Shown here: in pieces, positions 36,583 through 45,075 of the stretch
How positions within the stretch are numbered: the first letter of the stretch is position 1
Layout: each line of letters starts with the position of its first letter
From: a virus
Lineage: Duplodnaviria > Caudoviricetes
Length of the DNA: 50,941 nt
Strand: one strand, 5' to 3'
Virus record (IMG/VR): IMGVR_UViG_3300037863_000314
Coordinates: 1 to 50,941 of that record
Program-made: the position numbers and the translations under genes
The notes under the pieces: generated by a model
Databases searched by the model: none
What the model saw: the letters and a program-made list of their open reading frames with translations, nothing else
What the model was told of the DNA's origin: nothing

Positions 36583-37329
36583 TCAGTCGGCTAGAATATA
36601 GCCGAAAATCGCCGACGCAACATCTGCGTTTTTCACTTCGACAGTGTTTGCGCGTTGGCGAGCTTTTTTGGTTCCGCGAATAATTGCATCCACACGGGAA
36701 AGAAGAACAGCTTTCCGCGCCGGCGAAATCATCCCGGAGTAGTTGACTGTCTCGATGCGGCCAACAGGCACATCTTCGTTCCACTTTTCGACCTGAGCCG
36801 GATGTTTGTCGGTCGGTTCGACGAGAATCTTGTGCTTGACTGTTTTTTCAGTGCGCATGGCGACTTTGTCTTGCGCCCGGAAAATATCAACGCCGGCTGT
36901 TTCGTCACGCGTCCAGGTCAGCGATGGATCCAGGGTCGGTGTAGCTTCAATGAGCTCACGAATGGATTTCATGCGGGTCTCGAGGCCCAGAAGATACGTA
37001 GCCGGGAGAGCTGTCGCAAGAACTTTGCCTTCAACAACAAGATCTGCAATGGCACGCTGGTTGGCTTCTTCTTTTTCAGCCACAACATTCCAGTGCGACT
37101 CAACTGCTTTGGAAACATAAAGCAGCTTTGCCGGCACAGTGTCGGCAACAGTCTTGTATTCGGTGACGCCTTCGCCTTCACGCGAAGATTCAAACATCGT
37201 CAGAGTACGAGTCTGACCGCGGTAGGTTTCAGGCTTTTTGGTGAAAGTGATAATTGCTTCTTGGATCATCTTTGTTGCGACGGTGCTGAGATCGCCCTCA
37301 ACTGCCAGAACTTCGTGTAGCTGTGCCAT
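36583..37329 (-). CDS. Conserved uncharacterised 248-aa protein (recalled as DUF7873-like; unverified)
   Basis: AAGGAG RBS before ATG 37329. Motifs LPATYLLGLE, PTLDP, TDKHPAQVE...DVPVG, SG, ARQRAN and IFGYIL. Confidence 0.85.
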   Translation of the reverse strand: MAQLHEVLAVEGDLSTVATKMIQEAIITFTKKPETYRGQTRTLTMFESSREGEGVTEYKTVADTVPAKLLYVSKAVESHWNVVAEKEEANQRAIADLVVEGKVLATALPATYLLGLETRMKSIRELIEATPTLDPSLTWTRDETAGVDIFRAQDKVAMRTEKTVKHKILVEPTDKHPAQVEKWNEDVPVGRIETVNYSGMISPARKAVLLSRVDAIIRGTKKARQRANTVEVKNADVASAIFGYILAD

Positions 37330-37373
37330 ATGGTTGCTCCTTGTTTGACACTGATAATAAAAATACCAAGCTT

Positions 37374-37440
37374 CGGGGGTCTTTTGTCTTCGGACAAAAG
37401 GCAAAAAAGCCGGGAAAAAAGACCCCCGTCTCCTTGGGGG
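37374..37440 (-). promoter_or_regulatory. Terminator-like hairpin with mutually exclusive alternative stems
   Basis: - strand ccccc-aaggagac-ggggg-tc-tttttt, versus 12-bp cgggggtctttt/aaaagacccccg, versus cttttgtc-cgaa-gacaaaag. Confidence 0.5.
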
Positions 37441-37445
37441 AGATT

Positions 37446-37820
37446 TTAATTCATTTTGATGTTTGTCTCGTCGGCCAAAATTTTGGCCTGGAACTCATCA
37501 AAAAGGAAGCGTTCAACAAAACGATCTCTTATTTCCCGTGTTGGAAAACCCAGGGTGATCATTGTTGTTGGATCAATGCCTGGAGGAATCCTATACAGTC
37601 GATCGTTGTTCTTTTGTTTTTCGTGTTCAATTCTACGTCGGTTGAAAGACTCAATTGTTTCGATCGCGTTGCGATCAACTTTGAATGTTTCATCTGTGCC
37701 TTGCGGGGTGAAAAACCAAGTGACCGTTACCTTAGATTTTCCGCCTGGGTCTTTGATAACCACAAACAAAGGAGATCCACATTTGTAACAAATAGTGTCA
37801 CCGACAGTAAAATTGGACAT
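37446..37820 (-). CDS. Hypothetical protein with YodC/DUF2158-like N-terminus
   Basis: FTVGDTI..K.GSP..VV......V...WF pattern. Confidence 0.6.
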   Translation of the reverse strand: MSNFTVGDTICYKCGSPLFVVIKDPGGKSKVTVTWFFTPQGTDETFKVDRNAIETIESFNRRRIEHEKQKNNDRLYRIPPGIDPTTMITLGFPTREIRDRFVERFLFDEFQAKILADETNIKMN

Positions 37821-37992
37821 GAAAGTTTTCTCTTTTCTCTTCGAGTTTGATTGGGTTTCTTCCTGTGTACGGATGAAACCATTCAGATCCGTCTTTCATT
37901 GTCAGTACCAGACCAGAGCACCAATACCCAGTAGACCACTTTTCAAAGTATCTGGCTTTTACTTTTGTGCTCACAATGTCTGAAACTGACAT
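37798..37992 (-). CDS. 64-aa hypothetical protein
   Basis: AGGA RBS; fills the gap between co-oriented genes. Confidence 0.55.
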   Translation of the reverse strand: MSVSDIVSTKVKARYFEKWSTGYWCSGLVLTMKDGSEWFHPYTGRNPIKLEEKRENFHVQFYCR

Positions 37993-38001
37993 GATTAATT
38001 C

Positions 38002-38490
38002 CTAGCCGGTGATGCACCAGTCGCTCATCAGAATATCTGATTGGCTTGCGACCCAAGGAACAACTTCATTGTTCACTGTCTTCATCGCAATGTAATCACG
38101 ATAAGGAACCATGTCGTCGGGAAAGACGCCAATAATGTTTTGATCGGCGTGGTATTTGGCAGCCGGCACATAATACAAATACATGCCTTTTCCGTTCCAG
38201 CCGATACGCGAAACTTTTTTTCCTTCCATGAGCGCCATCATGGCATGACCAAAAGAGAGCGCGCCTGAATTTTCATAAGCGGCTTCAAACACTTCTCGAG
38301 GTGACCAGGAAACGTAATTGGAATGATTGGCGTGATTGGGCCGGCCAGTTCCGGTGTACTCAACCAGGTAACCCGGCTCATCTTCTCCAGCAAAAAAAGC
38401 ATTTGGATCCATGTAATCGATGTATTTGTGCGAAGACATGGGAACAGCGATGACCTGTTTGGTCCCGTAATAAAGATCATATGACAACAT
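38002..38490 (-). CDS. Two-domain protein: GTK/SWSP domain plus DUF2829 (Tad2-like nucleotide sponge)
   Basis: C-terminal FGHA..AL.EGKKVSR.GWNGKGMYL...YIAMKT....VPWVASQSDIL..DW. N-terminal YYGTK...GYLVEY...YVSWSPREVFEAAY. Confidence 0.8.
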   Translation of the reverse strand: MLSYDLYYGTKQVIAVPMSSHKYIDYMDPNAFFAGEDEPGYLVEYTGTGRPNHANHSNYVSWSPREVFEAAYENSGALSFGHAMMALMEGKKVSRIGWNGKGMYLYYVPAAKYHADQNIIGVFPDDMVPYRDYIAMKTVNNEVVPWVASQSDILMSDWCITG

Positions 38491-38516
38491 GGAATTGTTT
38501 CCCTGGTTTGAATTAG

Positions 38517-38800
38517 GTGGCACGTAAGAGTCTAACGGCCGTTCCCTCTCGGGTCACCACTTGCGAGATTGTCCGTCTTGATGATTAATCAGCATCATCT
38601 TGGGATTTGCTTACCCCTATGGTCCAGGTGCATCCGTAGTCTCGCTACAGGATCTTTTTATTCGGTGCCCGTCTCTCCGGGCTGTCACCTTTTTACGCCG
38701 GTTGGCGCTGTTTGATCTCGAGAGGCTCAAAGTTGGTAAGGCCTCAATCAGATTTGCCCGTTTATATGGTCGGTCCGCTGATCACGGCGTCACTCCATTC
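38517..38800 (-). ncRNA. Candidate structured intergenic RNA
   Basis: ~280 nt with no credible ORF and many stems, several capped by GAGA-type loops (gcccg-gagaga-cgggc, gtag-cgaga-ctac, ccc-gaga-ggg). Confidence 0.5.
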
Positions 38801-38805
38801 AGTTA

Positions 38806-39480
38806 TCAGGTATCGAAGATGCTCTTCGCTTTCCTGACAGGGGCGGATGCTGCGACTTCTTCAACAGCTGGTGCATCTTCCCCACAACTGTCGTCTTCGT
38901 CTTTGGCATCAACATGCTCAGTCTGAGGAGGCGGCGCTGCGGCGACAGCCGCTTGCGCAGCCTCCGTCGACTTAGGCGTTGCTGCGTCAAACAGAGAGCT
39001 TTTCCTGGGAGGTTTAGCCGGCGCTTCTGCTTTGGTGTCTGCAGTCAAAGATGTGAGAACTTTTTCTGCTTTGTCGATGGAACTGTCGGCTTCTTCCTGG
39101 ACTTCATCGAATTCATTGTCAGATGCGTCCTCAGGACTTTCTTCGTTCCGACGGGCTGCGTCTTCAGCAACAGCTTCAAACGTTGCCATAGGCACTGTAG
39201 GACGCGCTGGAGAGGCAACGGCGTATTGGCCGGCCTGGACAGTGATTTCAGCACTGTGGCCATTCTCGCCGCGTCCTGCGGTGATTTTAACGGGGAGTTC
39301 ATCACCATCGATCACCGGGACTTGTGCCCGAATGTAATTCCGGATGGCCTCCTTGATTTCGGGTTCAGTCAAAGTGATCTGCACGTACGTTTTCCTTTTT
39401 GCTGGGTCGTGGTCAGAGGGAAGGAGATCTCGGTTTTGGTCAGTGACCTTCCGAGGCGAATAGGTTTGGATGTTTGCCAT
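38806..39480 (-). CDS. Hypothetical protein with acidic, low-complexity C-terminal half
   Basis: QITLTEPEIKEAIRNYI...ITAGRGENG domain and KSSLF/KSIF tails; GAGG RBS; follows the resolvase as in N4-like phages. Confidence 0.75.
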   Translation of the reverse strand: MANIQTYSPRKVTDQNRDLLPSDHDPAKRKTYVQITLTEPEIKEAIRNYIRAQVPVIDGDELPVKITAGRGENGHSAEITVQAGQYAVASPARPTVPMATFEAVAEDAARRNEESPEDASDNEFDEVQEEADSSIDKAEKVLTSLTADTKAEAPAKPPRKSSLFDAATPKSTEAAQAAVAAAPPPQTEHVDAKDEDDSCGEDAPAVEEVAASAPVRKAKSIFDT

Positions 39481-39501
39481 GATTTCCTCAATTACGGAGT
39501 A

Positions 39502-39936
39502 TTAGGGAGTTATTGTAACTTCCATTCTCGGATTGTCTTTGTCAACGTTTTCCACTTTACAAGATAATGATGTGATAGTGTGCAAATCATCATCTGAAAG
39601 TTTGCCGAGCTCAACGAGAGCATCGGAGAAGTATTTGTCGATTATGCTGACAGAGTTCATGAGGTCCCTCTTTTGATGGGAGGGAGAATACATGGCGTAG
39701 TGAAGGTGGACACGCCCCCATAAACCAGTCAGATCGGGTAGGGCCAGAATCTGAGGCGCGATAGCTTCTTTGAACAATTTCTTTGTCGTACCGGCGGTTC
39801 GATAATGCCAATTACGATACTGGTTTAGGTTCAGCCAATATTTTTTGTTTGGCTTAGCCTGAGACCCGTTTTTCAAAGTTCTTGTATGGCCGCCTACATA
39901 AAGCGGCAAAATCAAAGTGAATTGAGTTGGTGGCAC
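39502..39936 (-). CDS. RusA-like Holliday junction resolvase
   Basis: LNLNQYRNWHY and RDLMN...DKYFSDALV..G.L.DD...NPR motifs; GTG start with GGAGG. Confidence 0.8.
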   Translation of the reverse strand: MPPTQFTLILPLYVGGHTRTLKNGSQAKPNKKYWLNLNQYRNWHYRTAGTTKKLFKEAIAPQILALPDLTGLWGRVHLHYAMYSPSHQKRDLMNSVSIIDKYFSDALVELGKLSDDDLHTITSLSCKVENVDKDNPRMEVTITP

Positions 39937-39967
39937 GACAGGCCTCCATTTGATGTGAAGACCTGTC
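39937..39967 (-). promoter_or_regulatory. Hairpin sequestering the resolvase ribosome-binding site
   Basis: gacaggtcttca-catcaaa-tggaggcctgtc immediately before the GTG. Confidence 0.6.
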
Positions 39968-39986
39968 GGCCGGTGGAACTGTTCTT

Positions 39987-40724
39987 TTAGTCGGCGAACA
40001 GCGATTTGGTAGTGCTTCCGCCTTTTGCGGCTGCACTGCCGGCAGGAGCCTGGCCAGCGATCTTCTTTGAACGATCGCGGAGCTGGCCCTTGTTCTTCTC
40101 TGACCAGAGGCTGATAAACATATCTTCCTCTTTGATGTCACCGCCACGCTTCAGCTCAACGACAGTTTTCTTCGTTTTGATATGGAAGAATTTGTCGCAT
40201 TCGTTGAAGTCTCGGGTCTCGGCCGTGTCGACGTAATCGCCGGCATCATCTTTGGCCGTCTTGTTTTCACGAACCAAAAGCACAGCCGCGTAGAGCGGCA
40301 GCGTCAGGATCGATTTCACGACAGGAAGGTTTTTTTCGACTTCTGCTTTTTGCTCGAAGTCGTAAACTTTGATCGTCTTGTTGACGATTTCTTGTTCGGA
40401 GAACGGGTGACCTGTTGTCACGAGACAGAGATCATTCACTGCTTCATAACCTGGAAGCATGAATTTCTTCTTCTCTTTCTCGTAAGTTGGCTTACCCAAC
40501 TTGTTGGTCATCCAGATCCGTTCACGGAGTTCTTTTCCGTCAACTTCAAGGACCAGGTTCATGGCTTTTGCGGCGGAGCTTGCTGCTGTAGTGATGTAGG
40601 CCATTTTAACTTTGGCTTCATACACACCAGATTCGACGAGGTATCCACCACCACCAAGACGGTCTTCTTGTTCCTGCACGCCTTGCAGTTCATTCTCGAT
40701 GTCTTTGAACATATCGTTAGACAT
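39987..40724 (-). CDS. ssb: Single-stranded DNA-binding protein (N4 gp45-like)
   Basis: EDRLGGG...ESGVY...MAY, LPGY, KVYDF and C-terminal KSLF motifs; alternative start 40736. Confidence 0.85.
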   Translation of the reverse strand: MSNDMFKDIENELQGVQEQEDRLGGGGYLVESGVYEAKVKMAYITTAASSAAKAMNLVLEVDGKELRERIWMTNKLGKPTYEKEKKKFMLPGYEAVNDLCLVTTGHPFSEQEIVNKTIKVYDFEQKAEVEKNLPVVKSILTLPLYAAVLLVRENKTAKDDAGDYVDTAETRDFNECDKFFHIKTKKTVVELKRGGDIKEEDMFISLWSEKNKGQLRDRSKKIAGQAPAGSAAAKGGSTTKSLFAD

Positions 40725-40788
40725 TTGGTTTCTCATTTCCTTTCGGGGTTACTCGTGGCTTTAGGCCACCACAAAAAAGCAAAGCTGA

Positions 40789-41514
40789 CTAAACACCAAA
40801 GTGTTTGTTCATATGATCAATCAGCAATGCCACATCATTATCCATGTAGATCTGGTTTTTGGCGAACAACCCAATTGGTCCACGGATCCGTTCCCCGACT
40901 GTCTCTTTAGTGAGACGTGTCTGGAATACGTGTTTGTACCCCACCAACTCATCATCTTCAGTGAGCCGGCAAAGAGCAGGGTCCTGATCTTTGAGTTTTT
41001 CCAGGCCCACTCGTTTTGTTGAAACTACGACAGAGAAGTAAGCTTCAATGCCTTGGTTCCCGAGTGAGCCTTTGACGGGCACAAAAGTTTTTTCATTCAG
41101 CGCAGCGTCTTGTTCAGTTTTTGTGTGAGCCAAGAACACAACATGCTTGCCGCCGCGAATGGCTTTAGCCACAGACTGTTGCATCATGTTCTTGAAGAAC
41201 TGAGCAAAGTTTTGCCAAGCAGTTCGGCCGTCTTTTGCGTTGATGATGTAAAGACTCTCATACATATCCAAAAGGAAAGTCAGAGAGTCGATAATCACAC
41301 CATCAAAATTTGGCTGAGTGGTGAGCTGCTCGATTGTGGCTGTCACTTCGTATGGGTCAGTGACAATTGCCGATCGAAAGTTATGCCTGAAAGGCAGTGC
41401 TTTTCCCGACTCCGTATTCAGGTAGGCCCATCGCTTTTGGTCAGGGATGTTCATCAGCGATGTTGATTTGCCGGTGGCAGATTCACCGGTAATAAGAAGT
41501 AGTTGTCCGTCCAT
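40789..41514 (-). CDS. AAA/Sak4-like ATPase (N4 gp44-like)
   Basis: GESATGKS Walker A, VIIDSLT Walker B, VPVKGSL...GIEAYFS and FQTR..K.T..ERIR motifs. Confidence 0.9.
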   Translation of the reverse strand: MDGQLLLITGESATGKSTSLMNIPDQKRWAYLNTESGKALPFRHNFRSAIVTDPYEVTATIEQLTTQPNFDGVIIDSLTFLLDMYESLYIINAKDGRTAWQNFAQFFKNMMQQSVAKAIRGGKHVVFLAHTKTEQDAALNEKTFVPVKGSLGNQGIEAYFSVVVSTKRVGLEKLKDQDPALCRLTEDDELVGYKHVFQTRLTKETVGERIRGPIGLFAKNQIYMDNDVALLIDHMNKHFGV

Positions 41515-41528
41515 TGGGAGATCTCTTT

Positions 41529-43685
41529 CTATGGTTCCGTTCGTGAGATTTTTTGGCCGATAGACCTCAACACTGTACTCCTCAACTCGTTGTCAGACAA
41601 CGGAGTTTGAAGCTGGCTGTTAAAGTGCATCACTCGGCTTTCAATGGATGCATAATCCAATCCGCCGTCAAAAAGAGCAAAGGCGTATTTGATCATCTGG
41701 TTGTTTCTGTTACCTGGTTCCATTCGCTCAGCGAACCAACGCTCAAGAGCGCCAAGGTCTTTGAGTTCAGTCATTTGGTTCAGGTGTTTTTCATTTTTTG
41801 ACGTTTTTGGTATAAACCGAACTGGGTCAAGAAGATCTCCATTGAGATTAAAGTGGTGAACCCCTTTAGGGTTTGTCAGCCATTTCCTTTCTCGTTGGTT
41901 TGCCCCTTCGTCTGTTTCAAAAGGCAGCCAAGACATGATGTTATTCATGAATTGTCTGTAGTCTTCTTTTGAAAGAAGAAGCTCGTATTTGATCGGCATC
42001 ACAATCCGGAAGCGTTCTTTTCCTTCTTCATCATGGCGCTTAGTTGTGTGCGTCATGAAGACGTAATCGCGCAGCATCTCATGGGCTAATTGGCGAGAGC
42101 ATGTTCCGTCGACGTCCAGAACTACCATGTTAAATCCTGGAATGACTTTTTCTCCGTGGCGATGTTCACCTTCAAAACGGTGGTTGCACCAGTGAAAATC
42201 ATCAGCTGACGTCAGAAGATGCAATTTCTCAAAAGGTGCTACGTCTGCTTTGTAGTTGGTCGCCATTTCTTGAGAATAGCTTATCAAAACCTGGCTCAGG
42301 TTTGTCTCGTTGAGAGAATCTCCAGAGAAGAATTCGATCCCGTCTACAAAAGCTTTCTTGATGACAATATTGTTTTTGTACCCCCATGCCATTGCAAGAT
42401 CCATGATCTCACGACGTTGGACTGTGCTCGTCTTGTAGTATGGCAAGTTCTCAGTGAGATCTGCATGGGTCAGCTCAGAATCATGTGATGCAATGTATCG
42501 AGCAAGCTTCATATAAGGAGGCTCTCTCGAAAGCAGTTTGGAGAAATCTTTACCAGAACTCTCAACCAAACAAATTGCCTGGTACAAATTATCTTCTGTC
42601 ATCACTGGAGACTGATCCAGGAAAGCATATACGCCAGCCAATTTGAGCGCTTTGAAGTATCTGTGGCCAAGTTCTGTTTTACGCAAATCTTGGTGTTCGG
42701 GGAGTCGATCGGCTTGCTCTTCGCAAATGAATCGGTACTCGAGCAAAAGCACTCCGACGTCGTCGGAAACTTCAATCTCGTATTCGTGATTCATCATAGT
42801 AGCGAGACTGGCAAAAGCTCGTGACAGCGTATGCACATCACCTTCCATTTGCGGGTCTGTCAGGGCACGGTACACTTCTTCGGCTGACTTCTTGCGCATG
42901 GATCTGTCTTGATCTCCCCAGGCAAAGAGAAGCCTGCGAGCATAACCAGTTTGCAAGAATTCAAAGAACGCGTCTTCCGTGGCTCCACCATCGAGAAGTT
43001 TTGCCGGCGTTCCAAAAAGAAGCATATTGGTTGGCGTGTCTCCATCGAGATCAATGCCCCGACTGTTGTCAGTCGTGTTTTTTGTGAGCTTAGCTTTGGT
43101 TTTGCCTTTGTCGTACAGCTCCAGGAAAATGTTAAGGATCTCAGCAGCCTGCAAAAGGTTAGAGCCTACTTCATCAATTTGAAGATTGATGCTTCCTGCG
43201 CCGGCGAGCAGCAGCTTCTGGCGAAGCTGCTTCACCGCCGGCACTGTTCCTGAGTCAAAGGTAAATGGGTAAGGCCCAGCGTTATCGTACTCTTTTGTCA
43301 GCACAACTTCTTCGTCAGCGGGATCAGTGTTTCTGTACGCAGCTCGTTTGTTGGAGAGTCGAACAAGGTTTTGCTTTGAAAGCTCTTGAAGGGTTGTCTC
43401 GATGAAGCGGTTTTTGAAAGCTTCCATAAAATAGTCTTCAATGATCGAAACAGAGTGTCCTTTGCCGTAGCCTGATGTCGCCAGAGCAAGGGCATACATA
43501 TTTACAGGAATACGGCCTCTGTCTTTAGTGACAATTTGCGCTCGCATGGACGAAGCCATTTTAGCAAGAAAGTATGCACACTCGACTCGAAAAAAATTCC
43601 GATCATCATTCTGGGTTTTCTTGGTGATGATATCAACCATTTTTGCCAGAATAGGATGATCGGAGAGAGTGTTAAAGTCCCGCAT
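41529..43685 (-). CDS. DNA primase (N4 gp43-like)
   Basis: SGYGKG, DEVGSNL, GYARR, LDVDG...HTTKRH...RFR and GNRNN (PriCT-like) motifs. Confidence 0.9.
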   Translation of the reverse strand: MRDFNTLSDHPILAKMVDIITKKTQNDDRNFFRVECAYFLAKMASSMRAQIVTKDRGRIPVNMYALALATSGYGKGHSVSIIEDYFMEAFKNRFIETTLQELSKQNLVRLSNKRAAYRNTDPADEEVVLTKEYDNAGPYPFTFDSGTVPAVKQLRQKLLLAGAGSINLQIDEVGSNLLQAAEILNIFLELYDKGKTKAKLTKNTTDNSRGIDLDGDTPTNMLLFGTPAKLLDGGATEDAFFEFLQTGYARRLLFAWGDQDRSMRKKSAEEVYRALTDPQMEGDVHTLSRAFASLATMMNHEYEIEVSDDVGVLLLEYRFICEEQADRLPEHQDLRKTELGHRYFKALKLAGVYAFLDQSPVMTEDNLYQAICLVESSGKDFSKLLSREPPYMKLARYIASHDSELTHADLTENLPYYKTSTVQRREIMDLAMAWGYKNNIVIKKAFVDGIEFFSGDSLNETNLSQVLISYSQEMATNYKADVAPFEKLHLLTSADDFHWCNHRFEGEHRHGEKVIPGFNMVVLDVDGTCSRQLAHEMLRDYVFMTHTTKRHDEEGKERFRIVMPIKYELLLSKEDYRQFMNNIMSWLPFETDEGANQRERKWLTNPKGVHHFNLNGDLLDPVRFIPKTSKNEKHLNQMTELKDLGALERWFAERMEPGNRNNQMIKYAFALFDGGLDYASIESRVMHFNSQLQTPLSDNELRSTVLRSIGQKISRTEP

Positions 43686-43715
43686 GGGTTTTGCCTTTTT
43701 GTGTTTAAGCGTTGG

Positions 43716-44747
43716 TTATTCAGTTTTGTATTGCAGACGCTGAGTGCAAAGAGGTGCTGCGTCGCAGTAAGAGCATCTCCTCACTTCACCAATCACAGTA
43801 GACACAATGCCTACTCCGCCCTGCTGAGCTTTGTATTGCATAGCCGCAGGGTACGAATCGAAGTTCTTTGTCGATCGTCCGCCAGATGACAGGGTCTCAG
43901 GGTTCTTGTAGTATTTGTGCGTGTCCGGAGATTTCCAGAGATCTTCTTCAGCGCATTCTGGAAGATCTGCTTCATTTTGAATCTGCACAGCAGCCAATAT
44001 CTCATCCAGTTTACGCCGCACAAAAACATCTACATCAGCGTGTGACATAAGCTGAACTGGCATCTCGCATACCGCAGTTGGCGGGTATCCTGGAATACGA
44101 GCAGCGTCACTTCTTTTCCAGTCTTTGATGATGAAGTTCACTTTACCCACATCGGAAAGGATGAGCTCTGGGTTAAGCCAGCGATAAATTCCTTGCTGCA
44201 AAGAAAACTCTCCGGACTCAGAGGAATCCATCTTTGTGTATTTGTAAGATGACACCGTCTTGTTGTCCTCAACGCGACCGTCAATCACCTGGTCAAATTT
44301 TCCTGAGATCCAGATTTTCGTGCCATTAGAGGCTTGGATAAGCCGGTAGGCTCGCTTCTCAATATAGAAAGCAATGATCTCTGGATCAGCAGCGAGCTCT
44401 TCATCAGAAGGGTTGATTCGAAGATTGCCGGCTACTTTTTCAGGATAGCCTAGCGCTTTCATGATCGCTTCGCGTTTTTCTGATTTGACACCCCTTTCGA
44501 TTGCATCGTGTAGGGATTGTCCAATTCGAGCAGCAACAAGGTTCTGGAGATCAGTCGAAGCTTCTTTGTCCGGGACTCTATGGGCAAGCACCAAAGCCCG
44601 AGTTGGCTTCAGAAGATCTGTCACAGAGATGATTGGATGCTCATCTTGTGGAGCATTTGCTGGCTCGTGATCATAATTGTCGTCGGCAAGCCAAAGACTC
44701 ATGGTGAGCCCAAGATTTGAATGATTGGTCAGAATTCCCGTTCGCAT
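43716..44747 (-). CDS. PD-(D/E)XK exonuclease (N4 gp42-like)
   Basis: WLADDNYD, SGKFD...EDNK, Q..IYRWL and C-terminal C..C....C..; AAGGAG before ATG 44747. Confidence 0.85.
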   Translation of the reverse strand: MRTGILTNHSNLGLTMSLWLADDNYDHEPANAPQDEHPIISVTDLLKPTRALVLAHRVPDKEASTDLQNLVAARIGQSLHDAIERGVKSEKREAIMKALGYPEKVAGNLRINPSDEELAADPEIIAFYIEKRAYRLIQASNGTKIWISGKFDQVIDGRVEDNKTVSSYKYTKMDSSESGEFSLQQGIYRWLNPELILSDVGKVNFIIKDWKRSDAARIPGYPPTAVCEMPVQLMSHADVDVFVRRKLDEILAAVQIQNEADLPECAEEDLWKSPDTHKYYKNPETLSSGGRSTKNFDSYPAAMQYKAQQGGVGIVSTVIGEVRRCSYCDAAPLCTQRLQYKTE

Positions 44748-44760
44748 ATTAGATTCTCCT

Positions 44761-45075
44761 TTAGCGCAGTTCGGTTTCAATTTTGGTCTTTCCCATGAAT
44801 TCCTTCACGGACATCATTCCAAGATACGAAAGGTTCTGGATAATGAGATCCACGACAGTCGAAGGATCCAGTTTGTACATCTCATTGAATTTCATAAGAG
44901 ATATCTGCCGGATCGTATCGATGCTATCCGAGTTGATTTTCTTCATCGGAGTGTCGAGAACAATGTTTGTTTCCCGATCGCCTTTTGTGTAGGTAGCGGC
45001 TTCGCCTTCTCCTGTTTTGAGAACGTAAGTGGCTTTAACCGCCGCCATCCAGAAATGCTTCTTGTCAGCGTCCAT
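44761..45075 (-). CDS. Hypothetical protein, 104 aa
   Basis: TAATG overlap with the polymerase stop; NLSYLG.M...EF motif recalled from N4-like neighbours. Confidence 0.7.
   Translation of the reverse strand: MDADKKHFWMAAVKATYVLKTGEGEAATYTKGDRETNIVLDTPMKKINSDSIDTIRQISLMKFNEMYKLDPSTVVDLIIQNLSYLGMMSVKEFMGKTKIETELR

Noticed and set aside
36143-36784. Tracked ORFs 36143..36430, 36375..36566 and 36479..36784
   Set aside because: They overlay the structured RNAs or the real gene, lack RBSs and have unprotein-like sequence.
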